Made by a program: the position numbers and the translations under genes. A model generated the notes under the pieces. It was not told the DNA's origin. It did not search any database and saw only the letters and a program-made list of their open reading frames with translations. Shown here one piece after another: positions 13,020 to 26,697 of a stretch of DNA of 64,000 bases; position 1 is the stretch's first letter; the number at the start of each line of letters is the position of its first letter. The stretch lies in the NCBI GenBank assembly GCA_964016885.1, contig OZ024740.1, positions 225,556,001 through 225,620,000 of the forward strand, read 5' to 3'. This DNA is from Eledone cirrhosa. Its lineage: Eukaryota.

Positions 13020-14620
13020 ATTTATTAATGAATAGTTTCTTTTAAACAGAATAAATCTTTTATAACTTGTTCTTTTTTCTTTCCAATTTTACCTTATTCT
13101 ATTGATGTATTCATATCCAGAGGCTGAGTTTAATAAAGATTAAATCATTGACAAATAAAACAAACATACAAAACTCTGTCATTGTTTTGTTGATTATTCT
13201 AGATAATATTCATTCATAAATTTAGATTTCATAAAAAGAAGAATACAAAATAAAAGTCAACTTTTTCACATTGCGAATATCATATATGATAAGAAGAAAA
13301 AATTCTATTAACCCATTGGTTACAAAGTAAACTCAGAATGTTTTCACTTGCAAATCTATAAAGAAAACTCTTGATCATATTCAATATAATATTCAGAAGA
13401 AAATGACTGCAATAGTGTAACTTTTTACTTCATATTTCTTTCTTTGCCCCTCTTCAAAGGATATCTGCCGTATTTCATTATAGTTAATAACCCCTTTATC
13501 AATATAAATGATTTCTTTCCTTTCTTATATTCCTGATTTCCTCATATATCAGAAATTTTTCTTATTATTTTCAAATATATGGTATAGCTGTTTTTGATCT
13601 CCAGAATTACTGCAACTGAATACAATTCAAAATTGTTTGAATCTTGTTTGAGACAGGATATCCAATAAATGCAATTATTAGAATCATCTTTTAGCAATGA
13701 AAAGAAGAAAAAATAGACACACACATATGTGTATGCATGTGTTTGTTTCTCTCTCTGTATATGTGTGTGTGTATGTGTGTGCATGCTTGTGTCTTTGCAT
13801 TTAAATAAATAGTGTGCTATAAGAAGCCTGACTTCCCTTCCAATTATTAGAGCCAAAGAATTGATAACTGTGTCTAGTGCAATAACTCTTTGACTGCACA
13901 AGCCACAAGCTTACTTTATGACTCAAAGCTGAATAAATTTTCTTTGAACAACAAGATTTAGTTTCTTCATATAAACCAGAAACTGATTGTTTGAAAATTC
14001 CAGATGAAATGAGAGTGAAAACTGGTTATCAAACTGAAGCCGATTCAACCTAGAACTGTGTTACCAGATATTAGTAAAATATTCCCAGCAAGTACAAGAG
14101 ACTGTTAAATGAATCTATGTCATGTGAGGCTGTAGAGCTACAACAGCTTTTCAATTAATAATCAGGGGACTTTTTATATCTTTCCACTAGATATTTTCCA
14201 AGCTGAAAATTTTCTCTGCTTCAAAGATTTTTATCATATAAAAAATAAGAAATCTAGAAAACCAAGTATATTAAGAGAAAAAGTAAGTCAATATGATAAA
14301 ATTGTTATCATATTTAATTTCAATATTATACAATAATAGTTGAAATATAGATTCAATTGGAACAATGTTCACTGAGGAATAAAAGAAAATATTTTCAAAT
14401 AAATTGCTAAGTTGTAATTATTATAATTATTTTTTGTTTTATTTTATATTTCATATGATAGTTGATAAACAATATCATACTTAGTTACAAATGTGCAGTG
14501 TGATAGTAACTGACTCTCTGAATTTCTAACAAGGCATTGTCTATATCAGCATTGTGTACATACATGTATAATAATTTTTATTTCTGATTTGTCTCTTTAG
14601 TTTCAGTGATTATATCTTAG
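13020..14620 (-). pseudogene. IR/iGluR-like pseudogene D (S1 end through M4)
   Basis: ADIDNALLEIQR (14515-14550; cf. ADIAIAPLTITLVR); M1 LSY*LTFSLNILGFLDFLFFI (~14237-14299); M2 DSFNSLLYLLGIFY* (14071-14115; cf. FNSLWFSLGAFMQQG); S2 KEIIYIDKGVINY..EVKSYTIAVIF (~13400-13520); hydrophobic M4 at ~13115-13185. Confidence 0.7.
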
Positions 14621-14689
14621 TGTTCACTAATTTGGAGTAGTTAGGCAGGTGGGGAATAATATCTTCAATAGGGTGCATATTGCAGAGAT

Positions 14690-15230
14690 CAGGGAGTCAA
14701 TCCAGGTAGGTTCACTATTTTTCCTCATTGAGAAATTACAGCTATGGTATTACAGACATATGGTTAGAATGTCTTAGGAAAGAATCGCAGAATAGATTTT
14801 ACTGGCATGAGATCCATGAAGGAACATGGCTTAGTGGTTAGAGCATTGGGCTTGCAATCGAAAGGTTGTGAGTTCAATTCTCAGACCGGGTGATGTGTTG
14901 TTTCCATGAGCAAGACACTTTTTTCACGTTGCTCCAGTTTACTCAGCTGTAGAAATGAGATGATAGGACTGGGGTCCCTATCATTAAATTACCCAAGACA
15001 CATCCAACAAGATATACCTTGGGGGAGGCCAGCTAAACCTGCATAGGTGTGAGCTGTCACACACAAGAGATCCACAGATGGACCATGGTTGGATAACATC
15101 CATAAGTTCTGTTGGTCTAGCTTTGGGATCCATTGAAATCATATGAAGATGGTTTCATCTAACAGGACTCTCAGAAAGGCATGTCTGAGGACTCTGCCCC
15201 GATGATACTCCCAGGTATAAGTGGATGAAG
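14690..15230 (+). mobile_element. RTE 3' fragment interrupted by a SINE
   Basis: QLWYYRHMVRM and WLDNI segments homologous to 1050-1490. Confidence 0.7.
14817..15066 (+). mobile_element. tRNA-derived SINE family 2
   Basis: tRNA-like head ggcttagtggttagagc..gagttcaattctc; gagcaagacact core; hairpin gataggactggggtccctatc; 8-bp TSD gagatcca at 14809-14816 and 15067-15074. Confidence 0.85.
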
Positions 15231-15299
15231 GAAAAGATGGCAATGGTAGTGGTGGTGGTGGGCCTTAACATTAGCTGCTTCTTCTTCTTCTTCTTCTTC

Positions 15300-15340
<41 letters not shown>

Positions 15341-15342
<2 letters not shown>

Positions 15343-18300
15343 AGTTGCATTTATTTTGCTCTATGTTCATAAGAGTTATCACCAAGTCACAATCAGTGAC
15401 CTCAAGAGACAACAAGGTCCGCCATGTTTAAGAAATAACATACATACACACACATTCATCTTTAGGTGTTTAGACTTGTGATGTACTTATATTGACAGAA
15501 TCTTCCTTAGTATATGGGCAGTTCCCATTAATAATATCTTTTGTATTTCTCCTATATGCGGGTTTCCTGGGATTTGCGATAAGTAATCATTAGACTCCTT
15601 AGGTATCATTCCCAGAGCGCCTACAACCACTGGTATTGTTTTAGTTCTCAATTTCCTCATTTTTCCAATTTCTATCTCCAGGTCCTTATACTTGCTCAAT
15701 TTTTCAAATGTTTTTATAGATACATTCTTGTCTATTGGAACGGACATATCAATTAGCAGGCTTACCCTCTTTTTAAAGTCCTTCAATATTATATCAGGTC
15801 TATTTGCATTTATTTTTCGGTCTGTTTGGATGCTAAAGTTCCACAAGATTGAGATGTGATCTTTTTCAAGTATGGGAGGTGGTTGATGCTCCCGACAATT
15901 CTTTTGATGGGGCAGGTCAAAATGCTTACACATTATCCAATGTATGTATTGTGCAGCTCTGTCATACCTGTTTGGGTATTCGGTTGGAGCTATAGGACTG
16001 CACATTGAAATTATATGATCAATGGTCTCTGGTTGTTTTTTACATAAACTGCATCCATTTTTTTTATTATGTTGACTTGGTAATTTTTTGTTGGCAGACA
16101 CTGATCTTGTACTGATATAATCAGTCCTTCAGTCTCCGATTTCAGTCCAGAGGATGCCAACCACTGATGGGTTAAAGTTTTGTCAACATCAGGATTGTTA
16201 GCTCTTTCTGGGTATTTTCCATACAGAGGCTTTTCTTGCCATTTCTTAGCCAGTTTCTGTAGCAGTTCTGTCTTTGCAGTTACTTTTACCTGCTTTGCTT
16301 TTTCTGTGTTTTCCATTTCAGCAGTAAATGGGACTTCTGAAATTTGTAGTCCATTACTGTATATTTGTACATCTTTTGTAATGGAATATGATCTTTTGAT
16401 GCTTTCGTGTTTCAAAACGAGTTTGATCATCCAATCATGTGATCCCTTAGATATGTAGATAATCCAATTGTTGTAGTTTTCAATGCAATATCTAACTGGA
16501 TTAACCCATGTCCTCCTTCTTTCCTAGAGAGATATATTCTATCTGTATCTGCCTTAGGGTGATGCATTCTGTGCATGGTTAAGAATTTTCTAATTTTGTA
16601 TCGAGCCAACAGATCTCTGTGCTTGACCAGTTGATGACATTGTAACTGTAGGTTACTACTGGTATGGCAAGCGTGTTTATGGCATCGATCCTATTCCTTG
16701 CATTCAAATCCGTTCTTAAGATTGCTCTTACTCTGCGGTAACATTCCTTCCTTATCCTTTCCCTCATTGTGGAGTGCTTGATTCCGTCTCCTTCACAAAC
16801 ACCTAGATATTTGTAAGTTTCCTCTTAATCAAGTTCTCTTATCACATTCCCCCGATTAAGATTATTAATGTCTGAACTTTTCAGCAGCTTTCCTCTGATG
16901 AACGTTGCTTTGGCGCATTTATCTAGTCCAAACTCCATTTTAATGTCATCACATAATGTTATCCACAGTGGATAATAGCCCTTGCAATTGTTCATCATTT
17001 TTTGCAAATAGTTTCAGGTCATCCATGTAGAACAAGTGATTAATGGTTTTGTCATAGACTTTATATCCATGTTTTGTTTCATTGAGCATTTTACTTAATG
17101 GTATAAGTGCGATGCAGAATAAAAGTGGTGATAAAGAGTCACTCTGAAAAATTCTACAATTAATATTAACTTCTCCAGCTTCCAGTGATTTTTTTTCACT
17201 ATTCAAAAGGAGTGTCATTTTCCAAGTCTTCATACTGATTTACAGGAACCTCCTGACAACCGGAGATATTTTGAAAATCTTTAAACATTTTTCAATCCAA
17301 CTGTGTGGCAAACTATGGAATGCTTTTTTATAATCTATCCAAGCAATTAATAGATTTTTGTGTCTATTATGACAATCTTCCAGTATCATTTTGTTAACCA
17401 AAAGTTGATCCTTAGAGCCTTATTAGCCTCGTTTACACCCTTTCTGCTCATTGGGAAATAGATCATTTGTTATCAGGTGGTCATATGTATATTCAGTTAG
17501 GACTGATGTTAACATTTTATACATTGTGGTCAAGCAAGTTATCGGTCAGTAATTTTTGGGATTGTTTGTCTCATCATTTTTCGGAAGCAGGAATGTAATG
17601 CCATTAACTAGCCATGATGGTATCCTTTCTGGCTCCTTAACTATTTCATTATAAATTTGGGCTAACAGCTCATGAGATTCTATGATGGCATTTATCCCAA
17701 AATTTGGTATTTTGTCTATTCCTGGGATTTCCATTTGCAGGTTTTTCTAAGAGTCAAATGCAACTGTTCAACTGTTATATTTTCCCATATTTGTTCCTCA
17801 AGGTGAGCTGTATCTTTCATTTGTCTGTCTATCCATGGAGCATGTATATTATGAACTTTTTCTTCGGCCCAGATCTTTTCCCAGAATTCTTGCACTTCCT
17901 CCTTGGGTGGTATTGATTTAGCAGTTATTGTTGACTTGCCAATTTTTCTGTAGAAGTTTCTTTGTTTGTTTTTGAACATATTATTGTCCTTATAGAATCT
18001 AGATCGTTTTTCAAAGCGCCTTATACAAGCAGCTTTGGCCGACACTTTTTGCTTCATTATTTCTATCAGCATATCTATGTCACTTGTTGATTTTATACTG
18101 TATTTTCTTTTCAATTTTCTAAGTTTAGTTTGTTTCAAATGTTCACCTACTTTGTAGTTTGTTAAAATGTCTATGTCAGATTGGAGAAGGTTTATTTGGT
18201 GATTAATGTTCTCTTGCCAAGTAGATTTCTTGTGGGAATTCCTTTGTTTTTTCATTTTCACTCCAGATAAGTGAGTGGTAACTTTAGCCGATGCATAATA

Positions 18301-20255
18301 GAGATGATTTAAATCAGTAATGTTTATTTTGTTTGTCATGATAATGTTTTTGAGAATTATGTTAGTCTTGTGTATTATCTTTTGGTTCTGTTTGGAGTTC
18401 TGGATCTTAGAGAGAGTGTCTCGTTTCTCCATGTCAGATTCTTTCATTTTCATCCATTCGATCATAATTTCATCCTTCAAGTTGTCAAGTTCATTCTCAT
18501 TCATTTCTTTATCATTTACGATGTCATTGTTTTCATTTTGAGTTTCATCTTGAGCTTGCACTCCCTCCACTTTTTCGATCCTTTCTTTAATTTGTTCTGT
18601 TGTCAGTGATTCCGCCCCAACCCTGGGATTCGAAGTGTTACAATTTACCTCATTTTCACTGACACATGTTTCATTTTCCCTTCGCTAACTTTGTGCTAAT
18701 AGCTTGATCTGATCAATTTCTATATCAGTTAGTAACTTTCTTTTAACAATATTTCTTTGTATATTGGCTAGTTTGTTACTGTCAATATAGCCTCTGTTTT
18801 CGGGATGTTTCTTTTTCCAGTTGATATATGTCTGTTCTGTATTCAATCTATTTGATGGGTAGTACATGGCAGTGTAAAAAGCCTCAAGGACTGCTTTATT
18901 GTCTTCCCTTGACCATTTTTCTCTCTTTTTCTTTGGATTTCGTGGTGGTGAGCATGGAGGGCCAACAGTAGGAGTATTCCGGTTGTTGGAGGTCTCCAGC
19001 TCCGAAGTGATGGGAAGGTTTAAACCATTAGCTGATTTTTCGACCCTAGTCTGGTTCCTCTCTGAGGGACGCAGCCCTTTTTGACCCGGGTGACGGCCGA
19101 TCCGGTATGAGATTTTATCATTTGACATTTACTTTATTCTGTCACGTGTTATCCTTAACCGCCAAGGGGTAATCATTTCGTGTTACCACTTCTAGGACGA
19201 GTGTCAACCAAGACTAGAGGGGTCGTCGTCCCCTAGAGACACGGCTATTCCCTGCCGGGGGCCATCCCAGTATTTCTTGGTCACAGGGTTTTCTTTTTCG
19301 TTGTTTTTTAAATTGTTATTATCATGAGTGGTTCTTTAATGTGAGCATTGCGTGGCTTAAGAATGAAATTATTATTAATAATATAATATACTTTTTGTTG
19401 AAGTTGCCTGTTATTGTTGTTGGCTATGTTGGTGGTGGTGCTGGGGCTTTTTCTATTGTTGGTGGGGAAGGGGGGAGCCAGCAGAGCCACAGTCGTTGAC
19501 GTTTGACCGGGTCACTAAGTCAGTCTATTTATATCTTTTGTTAGCCTCTCCCTTGTCTAGTGATACCGCCACCTTCCCCTTTCTTAAGTTAACCGAAGGT
19601 AGTGGGGGAATAGTGGTGGTAGCAATGAAGGAGTGGTGGCGGCGGTGATGGGATAGTGGTAGCAATGATGTTGTGGTGGCGGTGGTGACTATAGTGATGG
19701 CGTTGTCGTTAGTGAGTTTTGTTGAATAGTCTGTAGTAGTATGTGTTTGTTTGATCTGTGTATCTATGCGGTTTGTCGCGTATGTTTAATATATGTGTTA
19801 ACATATTTCCTTAATATTTGAATTAAACATTTTGAGATAACTTGAGATACAATAATAGTAATTATTATTATTATTATACTGGGATTGGTGGTGGAGGTGG
19901 TGAAATTGCCGTTATCTGGCTGTTGTATTTAGTGTTCACAGAGGGGTGATGGGATAGGTGGTGTATCTAGTTTGTGGTGTTGGTGAAATTGCTGTTATTT
20001 GGCTGTTCTATAGAGGGGGTTTTCTTCCATTTATAACCATTTTCTTTTTTGAATATAAAATTCATAATACAAAATTGAATATTTGAGCGATATAACAGGA
20101 TATTATGGATCTGAATTTCCTGAGAGAGGGGCCTGGCGCTTTATGTCCCATTTGTACTACGAATTGTTATATCCCAATTGTTTTAAATATGTTAAAAATC
20201 AAAAACTTACGGGAGCGATTTCATAACGCTCTATCCACCACGTGCGTCTTCTTCT
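15341..20255 (-). mobile_element. Dong/R4-clade non-LTR retrotransposon (RT plus C-terminal restriction-like endonuclease), near full length, degenerate
   Basis: RT motifs IFQSDSLSPLLF, HLFYMDDLKL, FGLDKC; CCHC finger CSLCKKQPETIDHIISMC; RLE motifs RPDIIL and KLSKYKDL. Flanked by (TAA)n at 15300-15340 and 20256-20267, the known Dong target type. Confidence 0.9.
15487..19128 (-). pseudogene. Dong/R4 single ORF (RT-RLE), frameshifted
   Basis: Chain of ORF-track pieces: 18685-19128, 17716-18570, 17546-17734, 16949-17233, 16825-17007, 16579-16767, 16427-16609, 16011-16430, 15487-16101. Confidence 0.9.
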
Positions 20256-20267
20256 ATTATTATTATT

Positions 20268-20450
20268 GATTGGCAGTATCGGTAGAGGGTTGGACGCCAT
20301 GCTTTGACGCATAGAGTTACGGCCCTTGCCATTCTGAGTTCAAATCCCGCCGAGGTTAACTTTGCCTTTCATCCTTACGGGGTCGATAAAATAAAGTACC
20401 AGTAATGTACTGGGTAATTGCTGGCCTTGTGCCAAAAGTAGAAACAATTA
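20268..20450 (+). mobile_element. tRNA-derived SINE family 1
   Basis: Near-identical to 8832-9010; ends in an (ATT)n tail. Confidence 0.9.
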
Positions 20451-20687
20451 TTATTATTATTATTATTATTGAATGCCATGGTTGACGGAGGCTCGGCTCT
20501 GTAAGGTATAGTAATTTTTAACCGCTATAACAATTGTAAATTGTTTAAAACTTGAACCAAATTGTAGATAAAAACACCCTCCTCCTCGTGAGAGGGGTCT
20601 TTCTGTCCGTTATTTGGCCCTTCAGAGTTAAATAACCGCTTATTGGGGTTTTGTGCCCAATATTCATTTTAAACCGAAAAAAAAAAC

Positions 20688-21162
20688 ATGGCTACAAAAA
20701 AAAAATGTTCACAAGTTACTCCGCTCTTTCCGTCTTCTTCCTCAATCGTTATTACATCAGAGAGAAGATTGTCTATCTCCCTCCCTTCTCTAAATGTGGT
20801 GTCGCCTCTTTCGCAAGCGACGCCAGTAAAGAAAAAGAAAAATATAGTTTCTGGTAACTTTCACCAAGAGAACGTGCATACCGTGGAACATTTCTCCACG
20901 ACGACGATAACGACGAAAAATGTGCGCGGTAAATACGGAAAGCCATTTCATTCGTCTGACGTCATGAAGAACAGCAGCAGCAGCAACAGTGACAAGGTAA
21001 ACACTAGTAGCAGCCGCAACAACAACAACAGCAACAGCAACAGCAGCAGCAGCAACAGCAACAACAACAGCAGCAGCAGCAACAACAACAACAACCACAG
21101 CAACAGCGGTGGCGGCGGTCGTAGTACCAGCAGCAATAACAAAAGTAACAGCAGCTCTGACG

Positions 21163-21208
<46 letters not shown>

Positions 21209-22823
21209 AGAAAAACCAATCTCGCTTGCAGGTATCGCAAAGAACCTGGAAACCATCCTTATAACAAATGAGGAATTACAGGAAGCAAAGAAGATGGTGA
21301 CGAAAACCGGACACCGAGCAATCTGCAAGGCAGCCGAAACATTTTTTCGAAACCCAACAGCACTGTACGGTCACGTACCGTACACTAAGCACAAAATCAT
21401 GTAGGGTTGAAAGAGCCACAGAGGCTCAAATACAAAAAGGCTTAGGGTCTGTGTGGCAGCGGAAAACGCATATCACCCGAGGCAAGAAATATGCCACTAT
21501 GGACGTGCTTTTTGCCACACCTTAGTGACCCTAAGGAGCGAGGAAATGGTGTTGGTGCCCTCCTACTGCGGGAAAAAAATTGTGAGGGTCAAACTGGCCC
21601 ATGTCCCCCCCCCCCTCCCACCCGGGATGGCTCCTTCTTGGTTTACCGCGTCTGTCCTCGTCGGAATCGAGGACAAAACAACTCTACTGCAATTGGGTCG
21701 GCACCTCCATTGAGATGTTAATTCAAACCAACCAGGAGGCATCGAAGCTATCCCGGATGTGATAGACTTCGGTAATGGCACTCAACTTCCCATAAGTGTT
21801 GAGGGCAAACGCCCGAAATGCTTTCGCTGTGGGTCGAAGACTCACCTCAGAGTCTTCTGCAATGAGAAGACCCTGAGAAAGGAGAAAACCCCGCTCCTTT
21901 CGAAACCGGCTCCACTTCTACCAGTAACAGGACAGGCGGCAAGCAGAAAGGATAGGTCCGTGGCACCCATACCCATGCCACGGAAATCAAGAACAGCAGC
22001 AGCAGCAGTGGAAGTATTAACAACAGCAGCAGTAATACCAACTGCAGCAGTAATACCAACTGCAGCTGCAACAGAGACCCCACTGCAACCATCACCAACA
22101 AGAACAAGTGAAAGAGTGGAGCTGGTACCCCTCCCCGACCTCACAGAATCGGACATGGAGTGTGAGGTGGGAGAGGGATGGCAAAAGGTCGCAAAGAGAC
22201 ACAAACGCAGAAGCAGCGCATCGTCGCCTTCGAAAAGGGAGGGAAGAAATGAAAAAAGGGTAAAGGCTACTGCAAAGAGACTTACAGCAGCAACACCACC
22301 AACACCATCACCACCCACACTAGCATCACCATCAACACCGGTGGCAACCCCACAGCCAACAACAACACCTTCAACACCACCACCACAAGCACCAACATTG
22401 CAAACACAACAACAAAACACACACACCCAGCAACAACGACAAGAAAATAGCAGAACCAGACCCCACCCCCAGTAAAAGAAATGCACAGTAATTAATACAC
22501 ACAACAAGAAACTAATGACTTACATAATTGAACACACAGACATTTCACAGCACGACTACATAATACCAGCACCAACCAAAACACCAACGAACATAAGTCT
22601 GGTAAGAATAGCACAGAAACAATACACAAACATAAAAATAAAATTCCCCAACGCAGTTGGTGATTTCAGAGACCTAGGAGGGACACACAACCGGAGAGTA
22701 TATTCGGATATACTCACAGAAGAGGCGATGACCAGCCGAAGGGACGATTCAACGGTCCCTTCACCAGACGATCAAGTGAAAAGGGATGGAGAAACCATCC
22801 TTCCTCTCCGAGAAGTAAGGTAA
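20688..22823 (+). pseudogene. Tx1 ORF1 (gag-like; poly-N/S tract, zinc knuckle CFRCGSKTHLRVFC, P/T-rich tail)
   Basis: ORF pieces 20688-21404, 21453-21713, 21759-22475 and 22515-22823, separated by in-frame stops or frameshifts. Confidence 0.75.
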
Positions 22824-22857
22824 GTGGTCTTTCCCATCTTTTCCATTCCATTTCAAC

Positions 22858-25800
22858 ATGACCTCACTCAGAATAGGCAGCATAAATGAGCGTGGCTTGG
22901 GGTCGTCATGGAAGCAGGGCCACCTGCTCAACGACCTCAGGTCACTAAACATAGATGTAGTGGCCATCAGCGAGACCTGAATCTCCGAAGCACGGGCCTT
23001 CACACCGATCTTCGGCGGCTACGATGTGTATGTATCTCCCTGCCGTCCTGGATCGGGGGGGGGGGGAGTTGCTGTGCTTTTTCGGAGAGGTTTGGATCTC
23101 GCCATACGGGCCATCTTCCTGGACCCAGGAGGTAAGATAGTATGCTGGACGTGACCAGCGGAGACGAGTAAGCTTTCAGGCTAGTGGCCGTCTATGCCCC
23201 GACAGGAGCAGGGCGGCCTGATTTCTTCCGGCCTCTGGAGATCTTTCTTGGAACGCCCCGCTCTTTAGTGTTAGTGGGCGACTGGAACGGGATCTTAGAT
23301 GCACGCTGGGACTGTGTGGGATTAGCGGATAGGAGAGGAGGGTTCAAGAGCCTCACCAACCTGCTCAGGCGTTTTGAACTGTGTGACAGGTACCGATTGG
23401 ATTTCCCGAATGTGCCAATGTGGACTTGGACAAACCGACAGGGTCATCCAGATCATATCAAGATAGAGTATTTTGTAGGGAAATAGATAGGTCTAGCATA
23501 GGCTGTCCACAATTCAAGATAGTCAGCTACACGGACCACACATTCGTGATCTGTGTGCTTGAATTAGATAGGCTTCATAGACGAGGACCCGGCTACTGGA
23601 AGCTAAACGCATACTTACCAGCGCGCAAGGCATACAGAGACCGGATTAGCGAACTAGTTAAGCGAGCGTTGACGGGGGCCATCTTCAACAACAAGTGGTG
23701 GTTTGCTCTGAAAAGAGCGATTAGAATAGAGTCCATTAGGTTTAGTAAGGGTTTAGCCATAGAGAAAAATAGAGCAGAGGGAGAACTAGTTACAAAATTA
23801 GACGAGGCGCTTAGCAAAGGCATCGCGACCGACGTACTTGCGGCGAAATTGGCCCTTGACCAATTCTTCAATGCAAAGCACGAAAGCTGCGTTGTCAGAG
23901 CTAGGGTGCGTGCTCTCAGATACGAGGGGACGAAAGCCGTTCAATGGACCCGAGTGGCGGAGGCGTATCGTAGCAACAGAGCCACGATCCGGTCTTTGGT
24001 GGACCACGACGGGCGCATGCTACTCGATCCCGGGCAAATGTGTGAAGCTTTTCAGCGACACTTCCCTTAGCGGCGGGCCGGATCGAGGGATGGACTTTAG
24101 TGTCTACCTCGACGGACTACCGCGGATCTCGGCCACTGAGGCGGAGTGTTGCGAAAAGCTGATAACAGCCGCTGAAGTACGGGAGGCAATGACTAGCTGC
24201 ACAATGGGAAAATCGCCTGGTTTTGATGGTCTGCCCTATGAACTTTACGTACAGATGCCAGACTTGTTAGTAGGCCTCTTGGCGGACGTCTACTGCAACT
24301 GGCAACAGAACGGGAGAATTCCCAGCTCTGTGAGCCGAGGAGCTGTGGCGCTGCTTAGAAAGGATCCAAACAAAGGGGATAACAGATAATTTTCGGCCCA
24401 TAACTCTGCTAAACACAGAGTTCAAGATTTTGACCAAGGTGCTAGCAAAGAGGTTGGCGCTTGTCGTTGGTGGTCTTGTGGGAGAGGCGCAGACATGCGC
24501 CATTCCCGACAGATCCATCCACGACGTAGAGAGGGTAGCTAGGGAACCTGGCACGGGTGGGTCCTTGATAAATTTAGATCAATCGAAAGCTTTAGATAGG
24601 GTCGACCATCGTTACCTAGCGGCAGTCCTGAGGGCGGCTGGCTTTGGGCCCGTCTTCTGAGGCTGGATCTCTGCCATGCACAGCGACATCTGCTCTGTGG
24701 TGAGAGTGAACGGTCACCTTTCAGAACTGTTCAACATCATGCGCTCAGTCCGCCACGTATTGACTCTCGAGCCATTACTGCTCAAACTGGAGACGTTGAG
24801 GAGGGGGGGGGACCCGCGCGAACTAGGATGCGGAAGATCCGTGTCAGCATATGCGGACAATGTCACCGTAGTGGTGTCGAACGCCAAACACATCGAGGCG
24901 ATCGGCACTACACTAAGAGAATACGAAGCGGTGACAGGAGCAATGATCAACCAGGAAAAGTCAATGGGCCTGCAGCTCGGTACCTGGAGAGGCAGGTCCA
25001 TGCCGTCCAAAAACGTCGTCGGGCGCTGGACGGACGGACAGTTAAATTCGGGGTCTGGTTCGGTCCAGATCTCCAGACGGACAAAAACTGGGACGAGGTG
25101 ACGAGCAGGGTGGCTTCTCTCACCCAGAAATAGGCCGAGAGGAAGCTATCCCTGAAAGGTCGAGCGGAGGTGGCTAACGTGTATATCGCGTCCGTCATCT
25201 ACTACCGCCTGACCGTCGTAACTTGTCCTAAGCCCCGCCTGACTGCGCTGGAGCGTTTGCTCTTTCGCTTTTTGTGGAAGAGACGCACTCCGATGGTCAG
25301 GCGGTCCATCTGATGTCAACACCCGCTACGTGGAGGGCTGGGAATGCCGTGGCTGATGATGCGCAGACACGCGCTCAGGCTATGACATCTCCACCTCTTC
25401 CTCGACGGTGATCAGGTGTGGTCTCCGTTTGCTAGACGCGTCTTTCCCCAGCTCGTCTCCTTGACGGAGCTGCAGTCCTGGGTCAAGCGAAGACCGAGAG
25501 GGAGCGATTGGAGACTGGAATGTCTTCAGGCACTCACAGCCCTCGACTAATCGGGCAATGTGATCGGTGAAAACTCCACCTGGCGTTCTATAGAGGATTA
25601 GTGGAGGGGAAGAGAGACGACGTACTTGGGGAAACTCTAGGCGTCGACGAAAATCAACTAGCTAATCTCTTCGGAAGAACTTTTGGGCCGGGGTCTATGG
25701 ACAACTTCCAAAAATCCCTGGCCTCGCAGTGCTACCGAGGAGCTTTGCCAGTTCGGGATAAACTCTACAGGCATGGAGGTGCCGTCAGCCGGGCATGTCC

Positions 25801-26212
25801 GAGATGCGTGAAGGGCGACGAAACCGTCCTACACGCACTCGTCCAGTGTCCGAGCATTTCTGACTTGTGGGTTTATGTCGAACACCTGCTGTTGCGTGTG
25901 GGACGGATCCAGCTATCAGCTGAGTCCATTGTGAGGATTGCCTCACCCTCTACCTTTAGCCCGGAAGGCCAGGCAGTTTTTATCTGTCTGGTGGCCATGG
26001 CGAAAGAGATAGTATGGTGGACACGTTTGAAAGGGCTGAAGACGAGCACTTACCTCTTAGGTGATGCCCTGATTGACTTTTTCAAATTTCATTTGAAAAG
26101 GAAAATCAGAGTAGAGAGGGAAGTGCTCTCTTCCCAGCATTTTGTTGAAAGATGGGTGAGAGAAGCAAGAATGGCCCGAGTGAATGGGCCTACTCTGAGT
26201 ATGTGTCTGTAA
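22858..26212 (+). pseudogene. Tx1 ORF2 (APE-RT-zinc finger), disrupted
   Basis: MTSLRIGSIN.RGL, VYAP, LVGDWN, TDH, GPGYWKLN, KSPGFDGLPYELY, RPITLLN, DQSKALDRVDH, AYADNVT, CPRC..ETVLHALVQC. Confidence 0.9.
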
Positions 26213-26513
26213 ATTAAATGTGGAAACTGGGAGAGGGCACTTGCCCTGGTGGTCAGGGTCACTGTAGCTTTTTAATGGGCTTTCTCCACGAATGTCCCTC
26301 GGAAGTCTACCCCTATTGGGGAATTTTTTCATTGTTCTATTATTACATCCTCTCTTTCTTGTTTTTTACACGCAGAAATGCCCATTTGTACCATCCTGTA
26401 TTGTCCTGCACTGTCCTTAATGTCTACTTTATATAAACCCTTGGGGTTAATAAAGAAATCATTATTATTATTATTATTATTATTCTTGCTTATAGGGATA
26501 ATACATTTTTAAA

Positions 26514-26697
26514 TAATTGTTTCTACTTTTGGCACACGGCCAGCAAATACCCAGTGCATTACTGGTACTTTATTTTATCGACCCCGTAAAGATGAAGGGC
26601 AAAGTTAACCTCGGCGGGATTTGAACTCAGAATGGCAAGGGCCATAACTCTATGCATCAAAGCATGGCGTCCGACCCTCTACCGATACTGCCAATCC
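26514..26697 (-). mobile_element. tRNA-derived SINE family 1
   Basis: Reverse complement of 20268-20450. Confidence 0.9.

Larger units (their letters stand above)
20471..26460 (+). mobile_element. Tx1-clade (L1 group) non-LTR retrotransposon, full length, degenerate
   Basis: ORF1 with a CCHC knuckle; ORF2 with APE, RT and a C-terminal Cys finger; aataaa at 26449-26454; flanked by (ATT)n on both sides. Confidence 0.88.

Noticed and set aside
13020-14620. Rescue of receptor stops by A-to-I editing or readthrough (several stops fall where W or Q is expected)
   Set aside because: The copies also carry frameshifts and TE insertions. TGG-to-TGA and CAA-to-TAA are ordinary decay mutations.
19140-19290. 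HDV-like ribozyme at the Dong 5' region
   Set aside because: An L3-like ACTCGT is present, but I could not build consistent P1, P2 and J4/2 elements. Kept only as an unexplained structured island.
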